From assembly GCA_000934665.2 (NCBI GenBank), contig JYFJ02001639.1:54706-74705 (forward strand): a stretch of DNA of 20,000 nucleotides. The letters are read 5' to 3'. Positions within the stretch are counted from its first letter, which is position 1, and each line of letters opens with the position of its first letter. Shown here in pieces: positions 1 through 12,300 of this stretch. The notes beneath the pieces are model-generated. The model did no database searches. It had not been told where the DNA came from and saw only the letters and a program-made list of their open reading frames with translations. The position numbers and the translations under genes are program-made. The DNA is from Catajapyx aquilonaris. Lineage: Eukaryota.

Positions 1-1119
1 AATTTATCTGGACCTTTATAAAATGTTCTACATGTGCTAAATTTTAAACGTAGGTGCTAATTTTCATCTAACTTCCAACCTTAAATGACTAAATAATAAA
101 TCAATCCTTTGGTTCCAGTACATCTACCATACAACCAGCTTACAAAAGACATGAATACGTATTTGAAATTTTCCGGGGTGTTACTACACAGCGACATTGA
201 ACCAGAGAAACCTTTGTTCATGACGACTACATGCAATAACACAACTAACGGCCAGTTGCGCGAATGCAAATGAAGGAGCAAATCTGCGATCAAGTCAGAC
301 GAGATTAACTACTTGTAATCAATCATTTTCTGTCGTTTGCATTCACACGACTTGCCCTAAGTAATTCATGCTTCATGATGCTACAAGGCAGATGGTAAAG
401 TATTAAGATGGCAAGAGACAAGAGAGCACGATTACTTAGCACCACCGAGAATGGATAGGGGGATGGCAACCATCATGATGTGTTCAAGAACCGTAACAGG
501 AACAACAGTTGCACAAATGACGTGACGCAACAGGCTGGCGATGTGTTAAGTTGGACACAGAATTATCGTTTAGACTTTCATCCTCAACTGGCATCTTTCC
601 CCGAGCATGCATGAATCCCAGTGGAATATCGCAGCATGACTGGTAATGTTGCTGTTATCTGAAGTTAAAAGCTGTTAGCTCTCAACGGCAAGCACCAGCA
701 TCGTAGCATGAAAAATGAGTGAAACAGCCAGCATTGTTGTTGCGCAGGATCAATCGATAAAATGGACATAACCACTCAGCCGTCAACACATCTTACACCC
801 ATAGTAACAGTATCCAATATTGATATTGCACAGTGAATATGTTGGTATACTGATCATACACTCAAAATGGACTCCTAACTTATCACCAATGACCATAGTC
901 TCCCATATATACTTTTTTTGTTCCATAAAATTATCACATGTTTTTAGTTCTCACTCGATCACTTCTGCGGCACAGAACACGTGCGTGAGTCATATGTTTT
1001 TGCCTCCCAGTCACCAGCCAGTAAAGCATCGCAGGATATGAATGCTTACGAGATCATAGCCAGCGAATCTCACACCCCAGATAATAATGTGCACAGGACA
1101 CTCACACAGTGGCGTTGGA

Positions 1120-2685
1120 TCAGACGTCATAGTCTGCCAGGGGCTCTATGTTCCTCGGGGAGCTTTGGCAAGGGAAGAGCCAGAGGAAGACTGGCCCCCT
1201 CCCGCACACCTCGGTCAGAAGGGCCATCTTGGGCTTCCTTGGGCGGTAGGGGCCTTGCTTTTTAACATGCTCCACTGCTGTCTCGTCAGATAGGATGGCC
1301 TGAAGCTGGTCCACCATGATGGCCACCACAAACAAGCCAAACAGGACGCTTTCCAGGACAACGATGACTGAGTGTAGGCTGCAACATCAGCAAACCCGTT
1401 TTCTCCAACGCTCATTACAATCTTATGGCTACCACTTGCGTCAGGGGATGATTTAACTCAAATTAATTTAAGGTGGAAGTATACCTACTTGTTTATAACT
1501 GGTTTCAGCCTATATTTACCAATATCAAATTAAACGTCGGGCATTAAAGTTTCGGAGATTAATGCCAGTTCATTTTATGGTCCATAACTGGATGGTGTTC
1601 TACAATAATGTGTTAACCCACAAACATGTCGTACTTCATTCAGTTAAAATCAATCTGGCGAAATGTGCATACTTCTGCCATGAATGACCGAAAAGCACAC
1701 TGAATTAATATTCCACAGCGTGACAATCGAAGCTCTTTTTATGGGTTGACTCATTATTGCGTAAAACCGTCTAAATATGGTTCCATAACTGCAATTTCGG
1801 TTAAATTAGCCCATGATTTGATTGTGTATTTTTTTTGGAGAGCTTTGCTGCTAGGAAACTTGTGGCATGATCATTAATCAATTCCGGTGTCATGTGTGGA
1901 CGTTATTGCCATTAACAACAGTTGCATGATACCTTATATAGTACTTACAGTCTAGCCTGCTTGACGTCCACTTCGTTCGGACAGTCAGGACATTCCCTCA
2001 GCCACGAAGCGGCCACCAGTATGACAGCGTAGCACGACAGGAACCCAACGTACATGAGGAATTGGATGAAATACTTCTGGTTCCACTCCCCGACGCAGTT
2101 ATTGATCCTTTTAATGCAACAAAAGACATGAGTTTACAGGCTACACCGCAAGCTGCCAGTACTGACCATGGACAGTGGTGGTCCATTCTCCGGACGCATC
2201 TCTTACATATCCTGCAGTGATGCGCCCTGGGTGGCCGATACGTCTCGCATCTGGTGCAAACAGTCCAGTCCTCCTTCTGCAGGAACTTCTCTTGAGAGCC
2301 TGCGGAACATTCCTATGGTTAGTAAACTAATCCGCGCAACACGCCCTGACAACAACACAGACCTGAGTGCATATCTGAGAAGTCGACCCTGTTCTGCGGG
2401 AGCGGCACAATCCCTGGGTCGGAGAACACCGCCCTTACGTGCGCCATGACCAGCAGGAACACAGCCACGTTGAACACCACCACATGAACAGGTCCCCACA
2501 AGCTGCACAGTTGTAGAACAGTCAATATTTTAGAACTGAAACTTTATATGGTGCTATTAAACCCACCTGTTCTGAAGTGTGGCCAATGCGACCCATCTGA
2601 CAATCACATAGTCCGCGTAGAAGACGGCCACGTAGGTCAGCAGCACGCAGAAGATGCCGCAGGGATCGTTCCTGAACACCGCCAT
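1120..2685 (-). CDS. ZDHHC3: DHHC-type palmitoyltransferase (ZDHHC3/ZDHHC7-like), 5 coding exons, 269 aa
   Basis: Exons 2685-2567, 2502-2363, 2299-2167, 2107-1949 and 1378-1120 have GT-AG boundaries with matching phases and total 810 nt. Translation: [27 protein letters not shown]...[12 protein letters not shown]...[47 protein letters not shown]...[14 protein letters not shown]...ADYDV*. It has the DPG motif, the cysteine-rich DHHC domain and four hydrophobic TM segments. The N-terminal DPCG motif is typical of ZDHHC3/7; the symbol marks the subfamily, not proven orthology. Confidence 0.93.
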
Positions 2686-2826
2686 TCAATCCTCGAAGTT
2701 TCAGCTGCTCACCAGAAGATGAAAAGAACTACTCAAGTCCGCCATTTACGAAAAAATACTGCGATCAGGGTGCACTACATGGCAACCTCGCTCTGAAGAA
2801 GCTTTACATGTCACCTTGTATTTCGG

Positions 2827-2836
2827 GCGCATGCGC
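2827..2836. promoter_or_regulatory. NRF1/Erect-wing-type palindromic site GCGCATGCGC upstream of the ZDHHC gene
   Basis: Perfect GCGCATGCGC palindrome ~140 bp upstream of the ZDHHC ATG. A YY1-like AAATGGCGG (minus strand, 2739-2747) lies between it and the ATG. Both motifs are typical of housekeeping promoters. Motif match only. Confidence 0.45.
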
Positions 2837-2885
2837 TGTTAGGATAAGATTTCCGCGGGATTTTCGAATGTTATTTAATTTTATT

Positions 2886-3146
2886 GGGCCGTATTCAGGG
2901 TCGTTCGCTAATGCAGCGCAAAAGTCCACACTAACTGGTGCGACGCTGGGTCCGCATTAGCGCCACACTAGTTGCTCCCATTCAGAGTCGCCTCACGGAG
3001 TAGTAACTTACTACGCCGTGGGTGGGATCGCACTAAGTCCGAACTAGGCCTAAAGCGCGACTCTGCATGCGACTTTTCTTAGTGAACTGGGTCACGTGGT
3101 TTAAATCACTGTACTAACTTCTTGTTGTTGACTCTGAATACGGCCC
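2886..3146. mobile_element. Non-autonomous DNA transposon (MITE), PIF/Harbinger-like
   Basis: 17-bp TIRs GGGCCGTATTCAGGGTC ... GACTCTGAATACGGCCC (16/17 match), flanked by a 3-bp ATT duplication (2883-2885, 3147-3149). It is a 261-bp GC-richer block in AT-rich flanks with no ORF. Confidence 0.8.
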
Positions 3147-5189
3147 ATTATTTATAAGGATGAATGAAAAATAATCAGTTTCACCTTCCAATGTTTTATT
3201 TTCAAAATACAAAAAGACACAAAATAAAGAGGAACTTTCATACCTTATGCTTTCATAAGCGAAGAATGCAATGAGCATGATCCGTCTCTCCTACCGCGGA
3301 GAGTTATTTTTTTTAAAAAGGGTACATAATTTTTATTAAAATGGGTAAAAAGTTCCTATGAAAAACTAATGAAAGTGACAAAGTGAACAAAATGATATAG
3401 TAAATACAAACGGGGAAAAAAAAGCATGTCATTGCAAACGCCACGATTCGCTCTAAACAAAACAAAACAATCTTTATTACCTGTTGAATAAATGAAAAAA
3501 AAATTAATAATAATGAGAATGATTTGTGGTCAGTCACAGAAAAAAATGCTTGTTCAAAAACTACCCACAACCTTTGGTTCATAGCTCGATGGGCTCTGGG
3601 CATGGAATAGTCACATGCTTGTACTAACTTTTGCCATGGAATATTTCTAACAAGGGAATGTGGACATGCAAGACACTTTGGCAGTATTGCACAACGGACA
3701 TGGAAAATCAGAGAGATCCAGTGAGGATCGGCATAGCAAGGTTAGTACTAGCCATTTATGCCCACTACCAGACATATTGCACTCGAGATATCCACATTTG
3801 GAATAATCACACCGTGGTTGAATGAAGGGTCCTCACCCTCGGGCAACCTCAGTGATTGAAGTACCAAGCGGCTCATTATTAAACATGCTGGGGTCATCTA
3901 TCTTCCTTTCCCTTTCTTTCTTTCGCATCATGCAGTAATTCTAGACCTGACCGCCCTGCATAAAGCATATAATGCCCATAAATGCTTCTGGTTAGTATTA
4001 CCACAAGTACCCTGTTTTCCTAGCCCTTTTCACTAAATTTGCTACTAAAATCTTATGTCATGATATGCTTGCTTCATTACCGTCCCCATCACGGTCCATT
4101 ACATTGGCATCACACTTCTCTAGCATCTATGGCCAGCCCCCAGCTCCAATAGTTACTTCATAAAAGTGAAAAAATATTGGTACTGTGTTGAACGTACATA
4201 GTTCCTCTTATACAGAGCTGAGACTTTGATGGCTGCAAGGAAGTTCCGAGAACTTTCCCGCAGCCACATAGCACCAAGTCAGGTCTGTCAATCAGTTGAG
4301 ATCAGTAAAGATAGCGCTCATGTCCGTCAGGCCTGCAACTACTGTTCCAGGCTCAAATCATGGATTTCACCCAGTCACTACTTAATGGACGTAACAGACA
4401 GGAGGCCGTCCATCGAAACTATGAGATGGTGATGATCGACAGCCTCCTTCCAACCCCCCATCCCCTGGCGCATTTGTACCTAATGAAACGTGGAAGTGAT
4501 TACGGGGTTGCAGGTTCCCTTGGACCATAATGCCACGTATATATGAATTAGTCAGGTACATGATTGGATGCCTTAAAATTAGCAGGAACTTTGCCTCAAT
4601 TCCCCCATGTGACATCATAACACCTACCAAACAGTCTGAATTGGGCAACGAATTGGCTAGCTGCCATCTCAAAGTACAAGATAAAAATAATTACACCTCC
4701 AAAAATAGCGTCGTTTTTTTTTAAAAAGCATGTTCACATGTCGAGTAGGTATTAATTCTGCCCGGTTGCATCAAAGCAGGTGAGATGAAAAATATCCGAT
4801 TATTGCATTGTGAATGTACATATCTGGAGTGCATTCAAGCAAGTAAGAGTAATTGTACATATGGCACAATAAGCTTATGGTTTGTGTCACGTCAGCAACA
4901 CATGCTAAACTTGTACTTTAAAAAATCTTGCACTAATGCTTGAGGCGTAAGAAATCATGCCAACTTTGCCTGCTAAGTTACACTGAACAAGAAGAACAAT
5001 GGCTACATACTACTTACTCAAAACAAAAGTGGAAATGCTTGGCGATCAACATTAAACATCAAACTAAACATCACCAGCAACCAAAAAAAGGTCATGAAAA
5101 TTAATGTTGAAACAAAACATGGCAGCCAAATATCTCAATCCATGGCTTTTTTTCCGTTCTCATAACTACCTTGCTAACCCCCCCTCATC

Positions 5190-8100
5190 TTAGTCCTGGT
5201 ATTCCAGGTCAGACTCATTAACAAGATCAGCGAATTCATCGTCGGCATCACTTGCGCTGAATTCATCATTCCCCCAGTTGGGCCCCAGCTCCTTCTGCCT
5301 CTCCAAGGCCACTTCCTCTTTCTCATCATGAACTGCCTCAGGGATGGCCAGATCACGCCAAGCACGACCCTTCCTGTTGGCCTGCGGAAGCCGTAGCTCC
5401 TCGCCTCTTCCTTCATCCGAAGAATCATCCCCTTCGACAGCCTCCAGGTCATATTTTAATGACCATGGACGCTGACCATCAACCAGCTCTGCCCACTGCT
5501 TGCCTGGGAAATAAATGGAAGATGCAATCATTGCTAAATGTTTGCGGCTTCGGCTATTCACCGTAAGGCCTTGACATTTTTACAACGCATGCCAACAAAG
5601 TAGGAAATTCTCTTCACATTAGTTGATTGGCCGGCAGACAATCATGTCACTAGCAGGCCTCTTTGCATGCAACTTCTCCGAACATAAGTACATACCATAC
5701 GTAGCCTTCCTGAAGATGAATCGGTACGAGTTTACCGATGCAACTTTAGTGGTGTCAACTGCAACTACCCGTTTTAGTAGGTTGATCTTCAGCTCGTAGT
5801 AGCGACAGCCTCGTCCTTCAATCCTATGAATGAAGACAAGCTCATTAGATTTTCTCCTGAGGGAACAACCGTCATGGCAGTTACCTAATGGTGACCTCCT
5901 TGTCATTCTCCACTCTGCAGTCTCCATCGATGGGCTCCGTGACTGTGATGATTACAGTCACATATGCGTGTCCTTGTCGCCACTTCACAAACTGTGGTTC
6001 CTTCCACACCACTCCCTTCAGGTTGAACAGCCGGTCAGAATCAACTGCAACATCGCTCCCTAATTCAGATGCGGATGACATGGAATTCTCTCCGACACCA
6101 TTATGTAGGCGATTAACTGTGCCATTAGTCATTAGATACGGCAACTGCTTTGCTCCACTAGTTCTGCCGGATGGAATACTGGACTTCTCCATTTTATGAA
6201 ATAACACGGATAAACATGGATGTCAGTAATGGCAATTAAATAAAATAAAAAAAACACTAATGCTCACATGGTCTATTTCAATTGCTTAATAATAAGGCAA
6301 CATATGGTGCATACCTTCTTTTCCATTACTTTCTCAGGCACCTCCTCTTCTTTTTCGAAGCTGCCTGAAAAACTCTTGCGCGATCCTGAGCCCCTGCTTC
6401 CAGGATACCTTACTGGAGGTGCTGAAGCAACCAATTCCAACTCAATGAGATGCTCACCAAGACTCTCGCTTTTTTTATCGTACACCTGTAGTGGAAGGGG
6501 CAGCTTTCCCTTCTCATGTCCCCTCTCGGCTCGCACCCAGAAACCAAGCAGGCCCCGCTCAGGTTGGACTGCTTGCCGCATGCGGTGCAGGGCTTCAGAG
6601 CTGAATGCTTCTTCACCTGGCAGTGGCTGCACCTGGGAGAATTAAAATAAAATACACATCACAATTGATGACGATGAACGCAGTTGACTATGTTCTCGAG
6701 ACCAACAATTCACTCCAGGCAGTGATTTGGGAGTTCCTATCACTTCCATCTAGGACAGGGCCGTTTGCAAAGCATGTGATCAGGGAAGAAAAAACTAAAT
6801 GTTCATTGGACATTATAAACCAATGCTGATATGAAGTAATGGCTAATGCAAAAGATGAACCAGACAGCAACAGATGCTAGCATGCAACAGCCACGCAATG
6901 ATACTAACCTGACTCAGGCGGCACTCAACAGCCAATATGGGCAGTTGATCAAAAGCCTGTGGGCAGAACCGGAGATCTTCAAGGCGCTTCTGGCAAGTAG
7001 TGCCATAATCCAGGTACTGCACCAAGCATCTGTCTTCCCGTGTATTACAGGACTTTATCATGACACGGCACCATAATGATTCGTATGAAGCCACACAGAG
7101 AAAGCCCTCTCTCATCCTGTGCTTAACCAGCGGAACATATTTTTCCTTAATGCAGTCCCATGTCAATTCTTTTTCCAACTCATCCAAACTGAAACAGAAA
7201 TGGATGGTTATGTGCGACAATGATACCAGATGAACCTGCTCAACCCAATCCAGGAATACACTTCTCACATACCTGTCTTGCGCATCCACTCGACGAGCAT
7301 AAAACTTGTCCAGTCCTTCAATGTGAGAGATGTACACAAAGGCATCCTTCTCCCCACTACGGAAGAGGTCATCATACTCCACCCGGAAATAAGGAGGTTT
7401 CTCACTCCTATACATCTTGGGAAGGCAGTAAGGAGGTGGACTCTTGATACGTAGCCCATTGGCAACGGCTGTATTCTCAGTGTGTACACTCATTTTGGAT
7501 GTATATGTATCTTCTGCAGGCATGGGCTGTGCAGGACCATTCCGAACTATTTGTTGCTTTTTTGGTGCCGCTGCAGCACTAGCTGTGGCCAAAGTCTTGT
7601 TGGGCTGAGCAGGACCGTTCCTGACTATTTGGTGGTTTTTTGGTGCAGCTGCAGCACTAGCTGTGGCCAAAGTCTTGTTGGGATGACCCTGTGCTAAAAT
7701 TCTGTTGGTTTGCAGACCCTTTGGTGGTGATATCTCAGCAGGTTTGACGGAGCAAGCTTGGTTTTCAATCTGAGACACATCTTCGGTATTTACCAAATTG
7801 GGCATAATTTGGCTGTCGTCTGGAATGGGACGCATCTCTTCATGTAGTTTGAGTAGGGTAGCCACATGGCCATCATTGATGTCCGCATGCTTCCCGCGAA
7901 TCATCATTCGCTTTAATGACTCATCTACAAGCTGCCCCATGCTAGGCAGTACCTGCAAAATACAACTCCGTGAAATTCTGAAATAAAATGGGAAAAGGTC
8001 TTACGGAGAGCCCTACCTCAAAGGTTGCCACGTCATCAAGCCAAATGGTGCGGTCAGTGGCAAATGTAACCCTCCCAATGACTTTCTTATCCAGAGTGAA

Positions 8101-9333
8101 CTTGGTCATAAAGTGGTGGCTTTCATAATCCCACTCCTTGCTGTGGTCTCGGGGCATAAGTCCTCCCAGAATGACTTCCACTCGCTTAGGCGGCAACTCG
8201 GCTATGCTCTCAGGGATCTTGAGCAGGTCCACCAACTGCAAGTGAATTTGGGGAATTCATAAAATCGAGTTGTAAGGATGTCTGCTGCTGGCGTAATGGA
8301 TCTGAGACCATGATAGAGCACAGGCCTTTTCGTCTCCTGCCTCACCTACTTGTGTACAAACTCAGTGGACCAAAATGACATTTCTCAAAGATGAGCGTGC
8401 TACAGTCAGTCCTAGTTGTACTGTGCAACATTCAGGTTTGGGACTGGTTTCCTTAACTATTAATTGTTAGGTTAATTGTTTCCAAAAAAATAATCCTTCT
8501 GGCAAACATGTACCTGAACCTGAATCTTGCTCTGGTGCAGCATGCCCTCAGCGTTAATTAATATTTCGGATTATTATTTTGAAAGTATATAGCCGTGACA
8601 TAAAGGAACTCAGATCCTTTTCAACAGTTGTGTCTTCACATAGTAACTCACATCAACAATTTGGTAAAATATGCTGTCGATGAACACCACATGGGCCTTG
8701 GTAACAGTTCCCTCAACCAGGAATCCTAGCACCTTTGCCCTGGCATGCACGCCAGTAGCAGGGTCTTTAACTGCGCATATGTCCCCAACTTTTGGATTGG
8801 TCAGAGGAACCTGGTTGCTGGGTTTGATGGTGTAGGCTATCAGGTCATCGAAAACAAACTCCTTCTCATCCTCGCTGGGTTTCCTGATAACTTCAGCAGA
8901 AAAGTGGACGGGTGTGCACACTGTCTTGATCGTCAGCCTCATTTGGGAAGATCTGAAATAAGAGATAAGATGCTGCACTTGCAATTTGAAGAGAACCAAT
9001 CCGATTCAGGCATGTTCATGCCCCGACAGAATGAAGCAGGGGGAACAATGGACTGGGAAGACAGATGAGATCAGCTGTCATTTTCCCAGTGCAGCAACTC
9101 ACGCATTAGACAAATGAAATTGACACCTAATACATTCCGACAGTGATCAAAAAATGACTGGCCTTACATGAGCTCTGGCTTCGGGTTGTCCACGCCTTCA
9201 TAAAAGCAATGGCGGCAATTACAATTCCTTACATCGCATCTCCCAAGGAGCTGCAGGGCAGAGCAGAACGGTCTCCATGGATCATTGGAACCTTCGGTCA
9301 CCTCCTGCAACACAAACTTTGGTCAGTATACAG

Positions 9334-9387
<54 letters not shown>

Positions 9388-12300
9388 GAACAATAATAAA
9401 AGATCACTTCTTCAAAAAATATATAACTGCTTACTCGCACCAATTCGTGGACACCAGAATGTGTGCAGTGAAGGAAACAACTTAACCAAAATGCACTATC
9501 TAGTGCTCCTCTTCTGAAATAATGCAAATACTGACCTGTACCAAGTTCCTGAATTCCAGTGGAATGTGTGCCTCCAGACGTGTGAGATACTCCATAAATC
9601 TTTCCGCTGGCACGCCTGGATCAGTGTTGGGGAACAGGACGTGGGAATTGCATGTATTCTGAAAGAATTAAATCCAACCTAGTTGTAACAATCTTTTTGG
9701 TAATAGATGACTCACGGGCATTGACAACAGCCTCACCTTCAGTTCAGAGTTGATCGACTTCCTGAAGTACTTCTCCATGGCAAGTTGGCGGAGTCCAAAT
9801 GTCTTCTTGCCGCACACATCATAATGAATGACTGTTCTGAAGTATCGGGGACTTGAATCCTTCAGACCAGCATCAGTAGCCACAACAACATGGGGGGTTT
9901 GATCCTTGCAGTACCCCTTCATCACTTTACACAAGGCTGTTAAAATAAAGAAATCCAATCATGCTTTGTTGTGTGACATGTAACTGGTTTTGGCTAACAT
10001 CCAATATTACATTGGTAACAATTTCTCTCTCCCCCTGAAAATTGTTAGAACTTCACTCTAATTTTTAAGTCTCAAATTACAAAATCTCCCACCCAAACAT
10101 TCACACATAATCAGAAATGTGCATGCTCAAACTAGTCTGCAAGTGTACTTTCATAAAAAGTGGATTTGTTACTGTACGTCAAAAATGAAGATGGCATTGA
10201 ACCTGGTTTTAACTGAGCCCCGCCGTAGTCAAATGTGGCACAGCAACAGGCCAAATTCCGATTATAATCAGAGAAGTAATTGTGGGAAATCCAAACCTAC
10301 ACAATGAATCATATGCAATAGTGTGGATGGGCATGAGCCGCATCCTGAAGTCCATCCCAGCATGAACAATGATCCCCGAACCAAGTTTCCATCCCCATCA
10401 TCTGCTGTGGGCAGACCAAAGCGTTCCAAGCATGCGAGAAAAGGGTCATGCCCCAAAACTAACCCAGCCACATGACCATAAATATGGTGATGTGTAGAAA
10501 CAGCAGGGAAGAATCCATGATACCACTGCACACTCCATGCATCTCAACTATGCTGCCAAGACTTACACGTCATACAATGTTGGTGAACCAAGATGGTACA
10601 GTGCTGGCCATTTATCGAGGCAACCACTAGCGACATTTTTCCGAAGCGGCAGAAGAAGGAATCTTGCTCGCCCGGCTTGTAGCATGCTCATCTTCGATTC
10701 CTTCTTCTGCCGCTTCGGGAAAATCTTCGATTCCTTCTTCTGCCGCTTCGGGAAAATGTCACTAGTCGTTGCCTCGATAAATGGCCAGCACTGTACTCCA
10801 GCAAGAAACGATGACCTACTGAAAGAGTGATTGCAAGTTTGGCCTCCATGTCAGCCAACTTGTTCCCATGAATGCCAAAGTATGCTCTTACTCAACTCAG
10901 GTGAATAAAATGTTCAGCTTCCCCCAAGGTGCCATGACCACAAAGCCACATGAGTTAGAACATGGATTGGCAATAGTCCATAAAGTGGACACGGAGTCGG
11001 AGAGCTGTGGTATTGTACCCTTCCTGATGTTTCCGCTGCCCGCTGCATTCTTCGCCGCTGTGTTGTATCCCAAGAATGAGGAGGCCCCTGTTCCCATTCT
11101 GCACTGATGACCTCTGCGCGCCATGTGTTTTACCAATTTTTCCTGCAGGTGGACAGTGTCATATCCCTGGTCAATGCTTAAAAGATTTGGACAATCCAAT
11201 GATGACTGGGAAAGAAGCTGTGCATGCACTGGACTGAGATAGAAAGAAAGAAGGGGGGAAAAAACGCTTTTGCTGTGAGGCGGACGATCCACTGACAATC
11301 CGAGGATGTTCTGAAGATGGAACAGTGTGTACCACAATGGACAGGAAAGGAAGAATACCTCGAGAATTGATTTTGTTACGTAAATATATCTGAATGTTTG
11401 TCACTGAAGTGGTGGGCGAAATGGGCTGAAGACCTTAATGGTTCAGACCTTATTGTCTCTGAAAGTATGTATGGGCATGTAGGTTTAAAACAAAGTCTAC
11501 CAGGAGGCTGGTGTTATGATCCCTGCCGAACATTGGAGGACAGGGAAATGGAGAGCAACGGAAAAGTACGACCGTTCTTAATACAGCTAGTCAAAGAGTG
11601 CTTTACTGACATTCCATCACTATGCAACATAACTCGGCACATAACTATGCAACACCTCCCCCAGTAGAAACAAACTTATGGTACGTAGTCTTCCAAAGCT
11701 GTGGGAAGCTTCCGGGCCCTCTGCGGTTGTCGCTCCGGCCGCGGTGCAGACACGGGGCTCCCATCTGTGAGCTCTGGATCTGCCTTTGGGCGTTGTGTGG
11801 TCCCGCGAAGTCCATGTGTAAGCGGGACCATGGTTTCTTGGCGTACTCCCAAGGATGTACTGGGGCTTTTGGTGGCAAGTGCCGTGTAGATTGGCACTTG
11901 TCACAGAGGCGAAAGAACTGTTCCACCTCTTTGTCGAGTAGAGGCCACCACAGATAGCTACGTGCTAACGCCTTCATGTGGCTTATGCCCGGGTGTCCCG
12001 CATGAAGTAACGTTAATGTGTCCTTCCTGGCTTGAGCAGGGATGACAACGCGAGTACCCCATAGCATGCACCCATTGTGAACATACAATTCAGATGAACT
12101 TGTCCAGTACGGTAGCAGCTCCAAGTCATCAGGTTTGCTTGTAGGCCATCCCGAGAGACAGTAGCGCAGAACCTTATTCAAAGTTTGGTCCTTCGTGGTA
12201 AGTGCGGCAATGGATTTCCCACTCAGGGCCGATTTCTCGAACAGTGGTTCAAGTCAGTTTGAACTGAGTTTGCGTCTACACGCTGGATGCAGTTTAAACT

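Noticed and set aside
1470..1800. Repeated TATGG(T)TCCATAACTG (~1577, ~1776) in ZDHHC intron 4 as a DNA transposon
   Set aside because: No TIRs or TSD could be defined; too little support to call.
5174..5452. Alternative-frame 92-aa ORF in the last exon, and other antisense ORFs over exons (e.g. 16792-17127, 17775-18188, 18143-18535)
   Set aside because: These are shadow frames of GC-rich coding exons with no recognisable domains.
9209..9517. + strand ORF with a poly-Ile run
   Set aside because: It is a translation of the (TAT)n microsatellite and is antisense to a TDRD12 exon.
10690..10755. 33-bp direct repeats, and the 44-bp repeat at 11611/13196, as a CRISPR-like array
   Set aside because: Only two copies each, no spacer series, eukaryotic context; explained by MITE duplication and LTR ends.
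11645..12181. 178-aa integrase ORF as a domesticated gene
   Set aside because: It starts at a non-ATG codon, lacks most of the DDE core, and sits inside LTR/TSD boundaries.
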